Below, in pieces: positions 27,601 to 42,600 of a stretch of 64,000 bases of DNA. This DNA is from the human T2T-CHM13v2.0 reference genome, Homo sapiens. The stretch is from NCBI RefSeq assembly GCF_009914755.1, contig NC_060948.1; one strand, 5' to 3'. Every line of letters begins with the position of its first letter. Within the stretch, counting starts at the first letter, position 1. The notes beneath the pieces are model-generated. The model ran no database searches. It was not told where the DNA came from and saw only the letters and a program-made list of their open reading frames with translations. Position numbers and translations under genes: made by a program.

Positions 27601-30600
27601 CCATTGGAGTCCGTACCAGTCGAGTCCATTCTATTCCAGTCCATTAGTTTCGACTCCATTGCATTCGAGTGCATTCCATTCCGTGGCTGTCCATTCCATT
27701 CCGTTTGATGCCATTCCATACGATTCCATTCAATTCGAGACCATTCTATTCCTGTCCATTCCTTGTGGTTCGATTCCATTTCACTCTAGTCCATTCCATT
27801 CCATTCAATTCCATTCGACTCTATTCCGTTCCATTCAATTCCATTCCATTCGATTCCATTTTTTTCGAGAACCTTCCATTACACTCCCTTCCATTCCAGT
27901 GCATTCCATTCCAGTCTCTTCAGTTCGATTCCATTCCATTCGTTTCGATTCCTTTCCATTCCAGCCCATTCCATTCCATTCCATTCCTTTCCTTTCCGTT
28001 TCATTAGATTCCATTACATTCGATTCCATTCAATTCAGTTCCGTGCTATTCAATTTGATTCATTTCCATTTAATTCCATTCCATTAGATTCCATTCCGTA
28101 CGATTCCATTCCTTTTGAATCCATTGCATTGGAGTCCATTCACTTCCAGAACATTCCATTCCAGTCGAATCCATTCGAGGACATTCCATTAAAGTTCATT
28201 ACATTCTAATACATTCCATTCCATTGCATTCCATTCCATTCCATTCGATGCCATTCGATTCCATTCCATGCCAAATCATTGCATTCCTTTCCATTCCGTT
28301 CCTATCAATTCCATTCCATTCGATTTAGTTCGATTCTATTCACTTCCATTCCATTCGATTCCATTCCATTGGAGTCAATTCCTTTCGACACCCAGCCTTT
28401 CCAGTCAATGATTTTGGAGTCCATTTTTTTGCATTCCATTACATTCTATGACATTCGATTCCGTTTCATTGCATTCCATTCCATATATTTTTATTCCATT
28501 CGAGACCGTAGCATTCTGCTTTATTCCAGGCCTGTCCATTACACTACATTCCCTTCCATTCCAATGAATTCCATTCCATTCCAATCCATTCCTTTCCTTT
28601 CGCTTGCATTCCATTCTATTCTCTTCTACTGCATACAATTTCACTCCATTCGTTCCCATTCCATTCAATTCCATTCCATTCAATTCCATTCAATTTGTTT
28701 CCATTCTCTTCGATTCCATTTCCTTATATTCCATGCCATTCGATTCCATTCTATTGGATTGCATTACATTCGTGTTCATTCCATTCCAGACCATTCCATT
28801 TGACTCCATTCCTTTCGAGCCCTTTCAATTTGAGTCCATTCTTTCCAGTCCATTTCACTCCAGTCCATTACTATCCATTCCATACCATTCCATCCCATTC
28901 CATTCCATTCCATTCCATTCCATTCCATTCCATTCCATTCCATTCCATTGCATTCCATTCCATTCCATTGCACTGCACTCCATTCCATTACATTCTACTC
29001 TATCTGAGTCGATTTTATTGCATTAGATTCTATTCCATTGGATTACTTTCCATTCGATTACATTTCATTCATGTACATTCCATTCCAGTCAATTACATTC
29101 GAGTTCACTACATTACATTCCAGTATATTCCATTGTATTCGATCCCATTCCTTTCAATTCCATTTCATTCGACTCCATTATATTCGATTCCATTCCACTC
29201 GAATCCATTCCATTAGAGGACATTCCATTCCAATGCATTCCATTCCATTCCATAGCATTCCATTGCATTCGATTCCATTCCATTTGATGCCATTCCATTT
29301 GATGCCATTCCATGACATTCCATTCCATTCGAGTCCATTCCGTTCCAATTCATTCCATTCCGTTTCATGAAATTCGAGTCCTTTCCAGTACATTTCATTC
29401 CAATCCCATCCAATCCCATCTACTCCATTCAATTCCTTTCCATTCCATTTGATTATATTCCATTGATTTGATTCCATTCAGTTTGATTCCATTCCGTGAA
29501 ATTTCCTTCCATTTTCTTCCATTGCATTACTTTCCATTCAATTCCATTCCATTTCATTTCAGTCCATTCGCTTCCTTTCCTTTCGATTCAATTCCATTTG
29601 ATTCCACTCCATTCTATGCGATTTCATTCCAATCGATTCAATTCCATTCGATGACATTCCTTTCGTTTCCATTCCATTCGAGTCCATTCAATTTGAACAT
29701 TCGTGTCCATTCTATTCGAGTCCATTCCATTACCGTCTATTCTATTCCCTTCCATTCCTGTTGATTCAATTTCATTCCCTTCCATTCGATTCCTTTCCAT
29801 TCGATTCCATTCCTTTCCATTCCATTCCATTCGTTCCCATTCCATGTGATTTCATTCCATTCCAGTCCATTATATTCGAGTCCACTCCACTCCATTCTAT
29901 TACATTCAATTCCTTTTGAGTCCGTTCCATAACACTCCATTCATTTCGATTCCATTTCTTGCCAGTTTTCTTCCATTTTATTCCATTCCGTTCGATTCCA
30001 TTCCATTCGATTGCATTCCATTCGAATCCTTTCCATTCCATTTCATTCCATTCCTTTCTATTCCATTCCATTTCATTCGATTTGATTCCATTCTGTTCTA
30101 TTCCATTCAATTCTTTTTCATTCCATTCGAATCCTTTCTATTGCAGTCCATTCCATTCGAGTCCATTCCAATCCCTTCCATTCCATTCCATTACAGTCCA
30201 TTCCAATAGATTCCATTCCTTTGCCTTCCATTCGAATCCATTCCATTCTAGTCCATTCCATTTGAGTCAATTCCATTCCATTCCATTCTATTCCTTTCCA
30301 ATCCATTCGATTCCATTCGATTCAATTCCGTTTGATTCTCTTTCATTCTATTTTATTCCATGCCATTTGATTGCATTGCATTCCATTCCGTTTGATTCCA
30401 GTCCATTCAAGAATGTTCCATTCCAGTCCATTGCTTTCCAGTCCATTCCATTCCACTCTAGTCTATTCCACTCCATTCCTTTCCATTCCATTCCATACTA
30501 TTCCATTCCATTCCTTTGCATTCCGTTTCCAATCTATTCGAGTCCATTGCATTCCAGTCCAATCCATTCGATTACATTCCTTTTGATTCCCTGCCAGTCG

Positions 30601-33600
30601 ATTGCATTGCATACTACACCATTCCAAAGGAGTCCATTCCATTCTATCTCAACACTTTCCATTCCACTCTGTTCGAGTCCATTCCATTCCAGTCCATTTA
30701 ATTCAAGGGCATTCCATTCCATTCCATTCCATTTCATATTATTCCATTCCATTCAATTCCATTCCAGATGATTCCATTCCATTCTATACCATTGCTCTCT
30801 GTTCCATTCCATTCCATCTGTCTCCATTCCTTTCGTTTCGATTCCTTTCCATTCCATTCCATTACATTTGATCCTATTTTATTAAATTGCATTCTATTCG
30901 AGTGATTTCCATTCGAGTCCTTTCCATTCTATTCCATTCCTTTGGATTCCATTCCATTTCGTTCTGTTCACATCAATTCCTTGCGATTCCATTACATTCG
31001 ATTTCTTGCCATTCGATTCCATTCCTTTTGACTCCATTTCATTCGATTCCATTCCATTCCATTAATTTCCATTCCATTCGAGACCTTTCCATTGCAGTCT
31101 TTTCCCTTCGAGTCCATTCCGTTCGATTCCCTTCCATTCGATTCCATTCCATTGGAGTCCGTACCAGTCGAGTCCATTCTATTCCAGTCCATTAGTTTCG
31201 ACTCCATTGCATTCGAGTGCATTCCATTCCGTGGCTGTCCATTCCATTCCGTTTGATGCCATTCCATACGATTCCATTCAATTCGAGACCATTCTATTCC
31301 TGTCCATTCCTTGTGGTTCGATTCCATTTCACTCTAGTCCATTCCATTCCATTCAATTCCATTCGACTCTATTCCGTTCCATTCAATTCCATTCCATTCG
31401 ATTCCATTTTTGTCGAGAACCTTCCATTACACTCCCTTCCATTCCAGTGCATTCCATTCCAGTCTCTTCAGTTCGATTCCATTCCATTCGTTTCGATTCC
31501 TTTCCATTCCAGCCCATTCCATTCCATTCCATTCCTTTCCATTCCGTTTCATTAGATTCCATTGCATTCGATTCCATTCAATTCAATTCCGTGCTATTCA
31601 ATTTGATTCATTTCCATTTAATTCCATTCCATTAGATTCCATTCCGTACGATTCCATTCCTTTTGAATCCATTCCATTGGAGTCCATTCACTTCCAGAAC
31701 ACTCCATTCCAGTCGAATCCATTCGAGGACATTCCATTAAAGTTCATTACATTCTAATACATTCCATTCCATTGCATTCCATTCCATTCCATTCGATGCC
31801 ATTCGATTCCATTCCATGCCAAATCATTGCATTCCTTTCCATTCCGTTCCTATCAATTCCATTCCATTCGATTTAGTTCGATTCTATTCACTTCCATTCC
31901 ATTCGATTCCATTCCATTGGAGTCAATTCCTTTCGACACCCAGCCTTTCCAGTCAATGATTTTGGAGTCCATTTTTTTGCATTCCATTACATTCTATGAC
32001 ATTCGATTCCGTTTCATTGCATTCCATTCCATACATTTTTATTCCATTCGAGACCGTAGCATTCTGCTTTATTCCAGGCCTGTCCATTACACTACATTCC
32101 CTTCCATTCCAATGAATTCCATTCCATTCCAATCCATTCCTTTCTTTTCGCTTGCATTCCATTCTATTCTCTTCTACTGCATACAATTTCACTCCATTCG
32201 TTCCCATTCCATTCAATTCCATTCCATTCAATTCCATTCCATTTGTTTCCATTCTCTTCGATTCCATTTCTTTATATTCCATGCCATTCGATTCCATTCT
32301 ATTGGATTGCATTACATTCGTGTTCATTCCATTCCAGACCATTCCATTTGACTCCATTCCTTTCGAGCCCTTTCAATTTGAGTCCATTCCTTTCCAGTCC
32401 ATTTCACTCCAGTCCATTACTATCCATTCCATACCATTCCATCCCATTCCATTCCATTCCATTCCATTCCATTCCATTCCATTGCATTCCTTTCCATTAC
32501 ATTCCATTGCACTGCACTCCATTCCATTACATTCTACTCTATCTGAGTCGATTTTATTGCATTAGATTCTATTTCATTGGATTACTTTCCATTCGATTAC
32601 ATTTCATTCATGTACATTCCATTCCAGTCAATTACATTCGATTTCATTACATTACATTCCAGTATATTCCATTGTATTCGATCCCATTCCTTTCAATTCC
32701 ATTTCATTCGACTCCATTATATTCGATTCCATTCCACTCGAATCCATTCCATTATAGGACATTCCATTCCAACGCATTCCATTCCATTCCATAGCATTCC
32801 ATTGCATTCGATTCCATTCCATTTGATGCCATTCCATTTGATGCCATTCCATGACATTCCATTCCATTCGAGTCCATTCCGTTCCAATTCATTACATTCC
32901 GTTTCATGAAATTCGAGTCCTTTCCAGTACATTTCATTCCAATCCCATCCAATCCCATCTACTCCATTCAAATCCTTTCCATTCCATTTGATTATATTCC
33001 ATTGATTTGATTCCATTCAGTGTGATTCCATTCCGTGAAATTTCCTTCCATTCTCTTCCATTGCATTACTTTCCATTCAATTCCATTCCATTTCATTTCA
33101 GTCCATTCGCTTCCTTTCCTTTCGATTCAATTCCATTTGATTCCACTCCATTCTATGCGATTTCATTCCAATCGATTCAATTCCATTCGATGACATTCCT
33201 TTCGTTTCCATTCCATTCGAGTCCATTCAATTTGAACATTCGTGTCCATTCTATTCGAGTCCATTCCATTACCGTCTATTCTATTCCCTTCCATTCCTGT
33301 TGATTCAATTTCATTCCCTTCCATTCGATTCCTTTCCATTCGATTCCATTCCTTTCCATTCCATTCCAATCGTTCCCATTCCTTGTGATTTCATTCCATT
33401 CCAGTCCATTATATTCGAGTCCACTCCACTCCATTCTATTACATTCAATTCCTTTTGAGTCCGTTCCATAACACTCCATTCATTTCGATTCCATTTCTTG
33501 CAAATTTTCTTCCATTTTATTCCATTCCGTTCGATTCCATTCCATTCGATTGCATTCCATTCGAATCCTTTCCATTCCATTTCATTCCATTCCTTTCTAT

Positions 33601-36600
33601 TCCATTCCATTTCATTCGATTTGATTCCATTCTGTTCTATTCCATTCAATTCTTTTTCATTCCATTCGAATCCTTTCTATTGCAGTCCATTCCATTCGAG
33701 TCCATTCCAATCCCTTCCATTCCATTCCATTACAGTCCATTCCAATAGATTCCATTCCTTTGCCTTCCATTCGAATCCATTCCATTCTAGTCCATTCCAT
33801 TTGAGTCAATTCCATTCCATTCCATTCTATTCCTTTCCAATCCGTTCGATTCCATTCGATTCAATTCCGTTTGATTCTCTTTCATTCTATTTTATTCCAT
33901 GCCATTTGATTGCATTGCATTCCATTCCGTTTGATTCCAGTCCATTCAAGAATGTTCCATTCCAGTCCATTGCTTTCCAGTCCATTCCATTCCACTCTAG
34001 TCTATTCCACTCCATTCCTTTCCATTCCATTCCATACTATTCCATTCCATTCCTTTGCATTCCGTTTCCAATCTATTCGAGTCCATTGCATTCCAGTCCA
34101 ATCCATTCCATTACATTCCTTTTGATTCCCTGCCAGTCGATTGCATTGCATACTACACCATTCCAAAGGAGTCCATTCCATTCTATCTCAACACTTTCCA
34201 TTCCACTCTGTTCGAGTCCATTCCATTCCAGTCCATTTAATTCAAGGGCATTCCATTCCATTCCATTCCATTTCATATTATTCCATTCCATTCAATTCCA
34301 TTCCAGATGATTCCATTCCATTCTATACCATTGCTCTCTGTTCCATTCCACTCCATCTGTCTCCATTCCTTTCGTTTCGATTCCTTTCCATTCCATTCCA
34401 TTCCATTTGATCCTATTTTATTAAATTGCATTCTATTCGAGTGATTTCCATTCGAGTCCTTTCCATTCGATTCCATTCCATTCTATTCCATTCCTTTGGA
34501 TTCCATTCCATTCCGTTCCGTTCACATCAATTCCTTGCGATTCCATTACATTCGATGTCTTGCCATTCAATTCCATTCCTTTTGACTCCATTTCATTCGA
34601 TTCCATTCCATTCCATTAATTTCCATTCCATTCGAGACCTTTCCATTGCAGTCTTTTCCCTTCGAGTCCATTCCGTTCGATTCCCTTCCATTCGATTCCA
34701 TTCCATTGGAGTCCGTACCAGTCGAGTCCATTCTATTCCAGTCCATTAGTTTCGACTCCATTGCATTCGAGTGCATTCCATTCCGTGGCTGTCCATTCCA
34801 TTCCGTTTGATGCCATTCCATACGATTCCATTCAATTCGAGACCATTCTATTCCTGTCCATTCCTTGTGGTTCGATTCCATTTCACTCTAGTCCATTCCA
34901 TTCCATTCAATTCCATTCGACTCTATTCCGTTCCATTCAATTCCATTCCATTCGATTCCATTTTTGTCGAGAACGTTCCATTACACTCCCTTCCATTCCA
35001 GTGCATTCCATTCCAGTCTCTTCAGTTCGATTCCATTCCATTCGTTTCGATTCCTTTCCATTCCAGCCCATTCCATTCCATTCCATTCCTTTCCTTTCCG
35101 TTTCATTAGATTCCATTGCATTCGATTCCATTCAATTCAATTCCGTGCTATTCAATTTGATTCATTTCCATTTGATTCCATTCCATTAGATTCCATTCCG
35201 TACGATTCCATTCCTTTTGAATCCATTCCATTGGAGTCCATTCACTTCCAGAACATTCCATTCCAGTCGAATCCATTCGAGGACATTCCATTAAAGTTCA
35301 TTACATTCTAATACATTCCATTCCATTGCATTCCATTCCATTCCATTCGATGCCATTCGATTCCATTCCATGCCAAATCATTGCATTCCTTTCCATTCCG
35401 TTCCTATCAATTCCATTCCATTCGATTTAGTTCGATTCTATTCACTTCGATTCCATTCGATTAAATTCCATTGGAGTCAATTCCTTTTGACACCCAGCCT
35501 TTCCAGTCAATGATTTTGGATTCCATTTTTTTGCATTCCATTACATTCTATGACATTCGATTCCGTTTCATTGCATTCCATTCCATACATTTTTATTCCA
35601 TTCGAGACCGTAGCATTCTGCTTTATTCCAGGCCTGTCCATTACACTACATTCCCTTCCATTCCAATGAATTCCATTGCATTCCAATCCATTCCTTTCCT
35701 TTCGCTTGCATTCCATTCTATTCTCTTCTACTGCATACAATTTCACTCAATTCGTTCCCATTCCATTCAATTCCATTCCATTCAATTCCATTCCATTTGT
35801 TTCCATTCTCTTCGATTCCATTTCTTTATATTCCATGCCATTCGATTCCATTCTATTGGATTGCATTACATTCGTGTTCATTCCATTCCAGACCATTCCA
35901 TTTGACTCCATTCCTTTCGAGCCCTTTCAATTTCAGTCCATTCCTTTCCAGTCCATTTCACTCCAGTCCATTACTATCCATTCCATACCATTCCATCCCA
36001 TTCCATTCCATTCCATTCCATTCCATTCAATTCCATTCCATTCCATTCCATTGCATTCCATTCCATTCCATTCCATTGCACTGCACTCCATTCCATTACA
36101 TTCTACTCTATCTGAGTCGATTTTATTGCATTAGATTCTATTCCATTGGATTACTTTCCATTCGATTACATTTCATTCATGTACATTCCATTCCAGTCAA
36201 TTACATTCGAGTTCATTACATTACATTCCAGTATATTCCATTGTATTCGATCCCATTCCTTTCAATTCCATTTCATTCGACTCCATTATATTCGATTCCA
36301 TTCCACTCGAATCCATTCCATTAGAGGACATTCCATTCCAATGCATTCCATTCCATTCCATAGCATTCCATTGCATTCGATTCCATTCCTTTTGATGCCA
36401 TTCCATTTGATGCCATTCCATGACATTCCATTCCATTCGAGTCCATTCCGTTCCAATTCATTCCATTCCGTTTCATGAAATTCGAGTCCTTTCCAGTACA
36501 TTTCATTCCAATCCCATCCAATCCCATCTACTCCATTCAATTCCTTTCCATTCCATTTGATTATATTCCATTGATTTGATTCCATTCAGTTTGATTCCAT

Positions 36601-39600
36601 TCCGTGAAATTTCCTTCCATTCTCTTCCATTGCATTACTTTCCATTCAATTCCATTCCATTTCATTTCAGTCCATTCGCTTCCTTTCCTTTCGATTCAAT
36701 TCCATTTGATTCCACTCCATTCTATGCGATTTCATTCCAATCGATTCAATTCCATTCGATGACATTCCTTTCGTTTCCATTCCATTCGAGTCCATTTAAT
36801 TTGAGCATTCGTGTCCATTCTATTCGAGTCCATTCCATTACCGTCTATTCTATTCCCTTCCATTCCTGTTGATTCAATTTCATTCCCTTCCATTCGATTC
36901 CTTTCCATTCGATTCCATTCCTTTCCATTCCATTCCATTCGTTCCCATTCCATGTGATTTCATTCCATTCCAGTCCATTATATTCGAGTCCACTCCACTC
37001 CATTCTATTACATTCAATTCCTTTTGAGTCCGTTCCATAACACTCCATTCATTTCGATTCCATTTCTTGCCAGTTTTCTTCCATTTTATTCCATTCCGTT
37101 CGATTCCATTCCATTCGATTGCATTCCATTCGAATCCTTTCCATTCCATTTCATTCCATTCCTTTCTATTCCATTCCATTTCATTCGATTTGATTCCATT
37201 CTGTTCTATTCCATTCAATTCTTTTTCATTCCATTCGAATCCTTTCTATTGCAGTCCATTCCATTCGAGTCCATTCCAATCCCTTCCATTCCATTCCATT
37301 ACAGTCCATTCCAATAGATTCCATTCCTTTGCCTTCCATTCGAATCCATTCCATTCTAGTCCATTCCATTTGAGTCAATTCCATTCCATTCCATTCTATT
37401 CCTTTCCAATCCATTCGATTCCATTCGATTCAATTCCGTTTGATTCTCTTTCATTCTATTTTATGGCATGCCATTTTATTGCATTGCATTCCATTCCGTT
37501 TGATTCCAGACCATTCAAGAAAGTTCCATTCCAGTCCATTGCTTTCCAGTCCATTCCATTCCACTCTAGTCTATTCCACTCCATTCCTTTCCATTCCATT
37601 CCATACTATTCCATTCCATTCCTTTGCATTCCGTTTCCAATCTATTCGAGTCCATTGCATTCCAGTCCAATCCATTCGATTACATTCCTTTTGATTCCCT
37701 GCCAGTCGATTGCATTGCATACTACACCATTCCAAACGAGTCCATTCCATTCTATCTCAACACTTTCCATTCCACTCTGTTCGAGTCCATTCCATTCCAG
37801 TCCATTTAATTCAAGGGCATTCCATTCCATTCCATTCCATTTCATATTTTTCCATTCCATTCAATTCCATTCCAGATGATTCCATTCCATTCTATACCAT
37901 TGCTCTCTGTTCCATTCCATTCCATCTGTCTCCATTCCTTTCGTTTCGATTCCTTTCCATTCCATTCCATTACATTTGATCCTATTTTATTAAATTGCAT
38001 TCTATTCGAGTGATTTCCATTCGAGTCCTTTCCATTCGATTCCATTCCATTCTATTCCATTCCTTTGGATTCCATTCCATTCCGTTCCGTTCACATCAAT
38101 TCCTTGCGATTCCATTACATTCGATTTCTTGCCATTCGATTCCATTCCTTTTGACTCCATTTCATTCGATTCCATTCCATTCCATTAATTTCCATTCCAT
38201 TCGAGACCTTTCCATTGCAGTCTTTTCCCTTCGAGTCCATTCCGTTCGATTACCTTCCATTCGATTCCATTCCATTGGAGTCCGTACCAGTCGAGTCCAT
38301 TCTATTCCAGTCCATTAGTTTCGACTCCATTGCATTCGAGTGCATTCCATTCCGTGGCTGTCCATTCCATTCCGTTTGATGCCATTCCATACGATTCCAT
38401 TCAATTCGAGACCATTCTATTCCTGTCCATTCCTTGTGGTTCGATTCCATTTCACTCTAGTCCATTCCATTCCATTCAATTCCATTCGACTCTATTCCGT
38501 TCCATTCAATTCCATTCCATTCGATTCCATTTTTTTCGAGAACCTTCCATTACACTCCCTTCCATTCCAGTGCATTCCATTCCAGTCTCTTCAGTTCGAT
38601 TCCATTCCATTCGTTTCGATTCCTTTCCATTCCAGCCCATTCCATTCCATTCCATTCCATTCCTTTCCGTTTCATTAGATTCCATTGCATTCGATTCCAT
38701 TCAATTCAATTCCGTGCTATTCAATTTGATTCATTTCCATTTGATTCCATTCCATTAGATTCCAATCCGTACGATTCCATTCCTTTTGAATCCATTCCAT
38801 TGGAGTCCATTCACTTCCAGAACATTCCATTCCAGTCGAATCCATTCGAGGACATTCCATTAAAGTTCATTACATTCTAATACATTCCATTCCATTGCAT
38901 TCCATTCCATTCCATTCGATGCCATTCGATTCCATTCCATGCCAAATCATTGCATTCCTTTCCATTCCGTTCCTATCAATTCCATTCCATTCGATTTAGT
39001 TCGATTCTATTCACTTCCATTCCATTCGATTCCATTCCATTGGAGTCAATTCCTTTCGACACCCAGCCTTTCCAGTCAATGATTTTGGAGTCCATTTTTT
39101 TGCATTCCATTACATTCTATGACATTCGATTCCGTTTCATTGCATTCCATTCCATACATTTTTATTCCATTCGAGACCGTAGCATTCTGCTTTATTCCAG
39201 GCCTGTCCATTACACTACATTCCCTTCCATTCCAATGAATTCCATTCCATTCCAATCCATTCCTTTCCTTTCGCTTGCATTCCATTCTATTCTCTTCTAC
39301 TGCATACAATTTCACTCCATGCGTTCCCATTCCATTCAATTCCATTCCATTCAATTCCATTCCATTTGTTTCCATTCTCTTCGATTCCATTTCTTTATAT
39401 TCCATGCCATTCGATTCCATTCTATTGGATTGCATTACATTCGTGTTCATTCTATTCCAGACCATTCCATTTGACTCCATTCCTTTCGAGCCCTTTCAAT
39501 TTGAGTCCATTCCTTTCCAGTCCATTTCACTCCAGTCCATTACTATCCATTCTATACCATTCCATCCCATTCCATTCCATTCCATTCCATTCCATTCCAT

Positions 39601-42600
39601 TCCATTCCATTCCATTCCATTGCATTCCATTCCATTCCATTCCATTGCACTGCACTCCATTCCATTACATTCTACTCTATCTGAGTCGATTTTATTGCGT
39701 TAGATTCTATTCCAGTGGATTACTTTCCATTCGATTACATTTCATTCATGTACATTCCATTCCACTCAATTACATTCGAGTTCAATACATTACATTCCAG
39801 TATATTCCATTGTATTCGATCCCATTCCTTTCAATTCCATTTCATTCGACTCCATTATATTCGATTCCATTCCACTCGAATCCATTACATTAGAGGACAT
39901 TCCATTCCAATGAATTCCATTCCATTCCATAGCATTCCATTGCATTCGATTCCATTCCATTTGATGCCATTCCATTTGATGCCATTCCATGACATTCCAT
40001 TCCATTCGAGTCCATTCCGTTCCAATTCATTCCATTCCGTTTCATGAAATTCGAGTCCTTTCCAGTACATTTCATTCCAATCCCATCCAATCCCATCTAC
40101 TCCATTCAATTCCTTTCCATTCCATTTGATTATATTCCATTGATTTGATTCCATTCAGTTTGATTCCATTCCGTGAAATTTCCTTCCATTCTCTTCCATT
40201 GCATTACTTTCCATTCAATTCCATTCCATTTCATTTCAGTCCATTCGCTTCCTTTCTTTTCGATTCAATTCCATTTGATTCCACTCCATTCTATGCGATT
40301 TCATTCCAATCGATTCAATTCCATTCGATGACATTCCTTTCGTTTCCATTCCATTCGAGTCCATTCAATTTCAGCATTCGTGTCCATTCTATTCGAGTCC
40401 ATTCCATTACCGTCTATTCTATTCCCTTCCATTCCTGTTGATTCAATTTCATTCCCTTCCATTCGATTCCTTTCCATTCGATTCCATTCCTTTCCATTCC
40501 ATTCCATTCGTTCCCATTCCATGTGATTTCATTCCATTCCAGTCCATTATATTCGAGTCCACTCCACTCCATTCTATTACATTCAATTCCTTTTGAGTCC
40601 GTTCCATAACACTCCATTCATTTCGATTCCATTTCTTGCCAGTTTTCTTCCATTTTATTCCATTCCGTTCGATTCCATTCCATTCGATTGCATTCCATTC
40701 GAATCCTTTCCATTCCATTTCATTCCATTCCTTTCTATTCCATTCCATTTCATTCGATTTGATTCCATTCTGTTCTATTCCATTCAATTCTTTTTCATTC
40801 CATTCGAATCCTTTCTATTGCAGTCCATTCCATTCGAGTCCATTCCAATCCCTTCCATTCCATTCCATTACAGTCCATTCCAATAGATTCCATTCCTTTG
40901 CCTTCCATTCGAATCCATTCCATTCTAGTCCATTCCATTTGAGTCAATTCCATTCCATTCCATTCTATTCCTTTCCAATCCATTTGATTCCATTCGATTC
41001 AATTCCGTTTGATTCTCTTTCATTCTATTTTATTCCATGCCATTTGATTGCATTGCATTCCATTCCGTTTGATTCCAGTCCATTCAAGAAAGTTCCATTC
41101 CAGTCCATTGCTTTCCAGTCCATTCCATTCCACTCTAGTCTATTCCACTCCATTCCTTTCCATTCCATTCCATACTATTCCATTCCATTCCTTTGCTTTC
41201 CGTTTCCAATCTATTCGAGTCCATTGCATTCCAGTCCATTCCATTCGATTACATTCCTTTTGATTCCCTGCCAGTCGATTGCATTGCATACTAGACCATT
41301 CCAAAGGAGTCCATTCCATTCTATCTCAACACTTTCCATTCCACTCTGTTCGAGTCCATTCCATTCCAGTCCATTTAATTCAAGGGCATTCCATTCCATT
41401 CCATTCCATTCCATTTCATATTATTCCATTCCATTCAATTCCATTCCAGATGATTGCATTCCATTCTATACCATTGCTCTCTGTTCCATTCCATTCCATC
41501 TGTCTCCATTCCTTTCGTTTCGATTCCTTTCCATTCCATTCCATTACATTTGATCCTATTTTATTAAATTGCATTCTATTCGAGTGATTTCCATTCGAGT
41601 CCTTTCCATTCGATTCCATTCCATTCTATTCCATTCCTTTGGATTCCATTCCATTCCGTTCCGTTCACATCAATTCCTTGCGATTCCATTACATTCGATT
41701 TCTTGCCATTCGATTCCATTCCTTTTGACTCCATTTCATTCGATTCCATTCCATTCCATTAATTTCCATTCCATTCGAGACCTTTCCATTGCAGTCTTTT
41801 CCCTTCGAGTCCATTCCGTTCGATTCCCTTCCATGCGATTCCATTCCATTGGACTCCGTTCCAGTCGAGTCCATTCTATTCCAGTCCATTAGTTTCAACT
41901 CCATTGCATTCGAGTGCATTCCATTCCGTGGCTGTCCATTCCATTCCGTTTGATGCCATTCCATACGATTCCATTCAATTCGAGACCATTCTATTCCTGT
42001 CCATTCCTTGTGGTTCGATTCCATTTCACTCTAGTCCATTCCATTCCATTCAATTCCATTCGACTCTATTCCGTTCCATTCAATTCCATTCCATTCGATT
42101 CCATTTTTGTCGAGAACCTTCCATTACACTCCCTTCCATTCCAGTACATTCCATTCCAGTCTCTTCAGTTCGATTCCATTCCATTCGTTTCGATTCCTTT
42201 CCATTCCAGCCCATTCCATTCCATTCCATTCCTTTCCGTTTCATTGGATTCCATTGCATTCGATTCCATTCAATTCAATTCCGTGCTATTCAATTTGATT
42301 CATTTCCATTTAATTCCATTCCATTAGATTCCATTCCGTACGATTCCGTTCCTTTTGAATCCATTCCATTGGAGTCCATTCACTTCCAGAACATTCCATT
42401 CCAGTCGAATCCATTCGAGGACATTCCATTAAAGTTCATTACATTCTAATACATTCCATTCCATTGCATTCCATTCCATTCCATTCGATGCCATTCGATT
42501 CCATCCCATGCCAAATCATTGCATTCCTTTCCATTCCGTTCCTATCAATTCCATTCCATTCGATTTAGTTCGATTCTATTCACTTCCATTCCATTCGATT

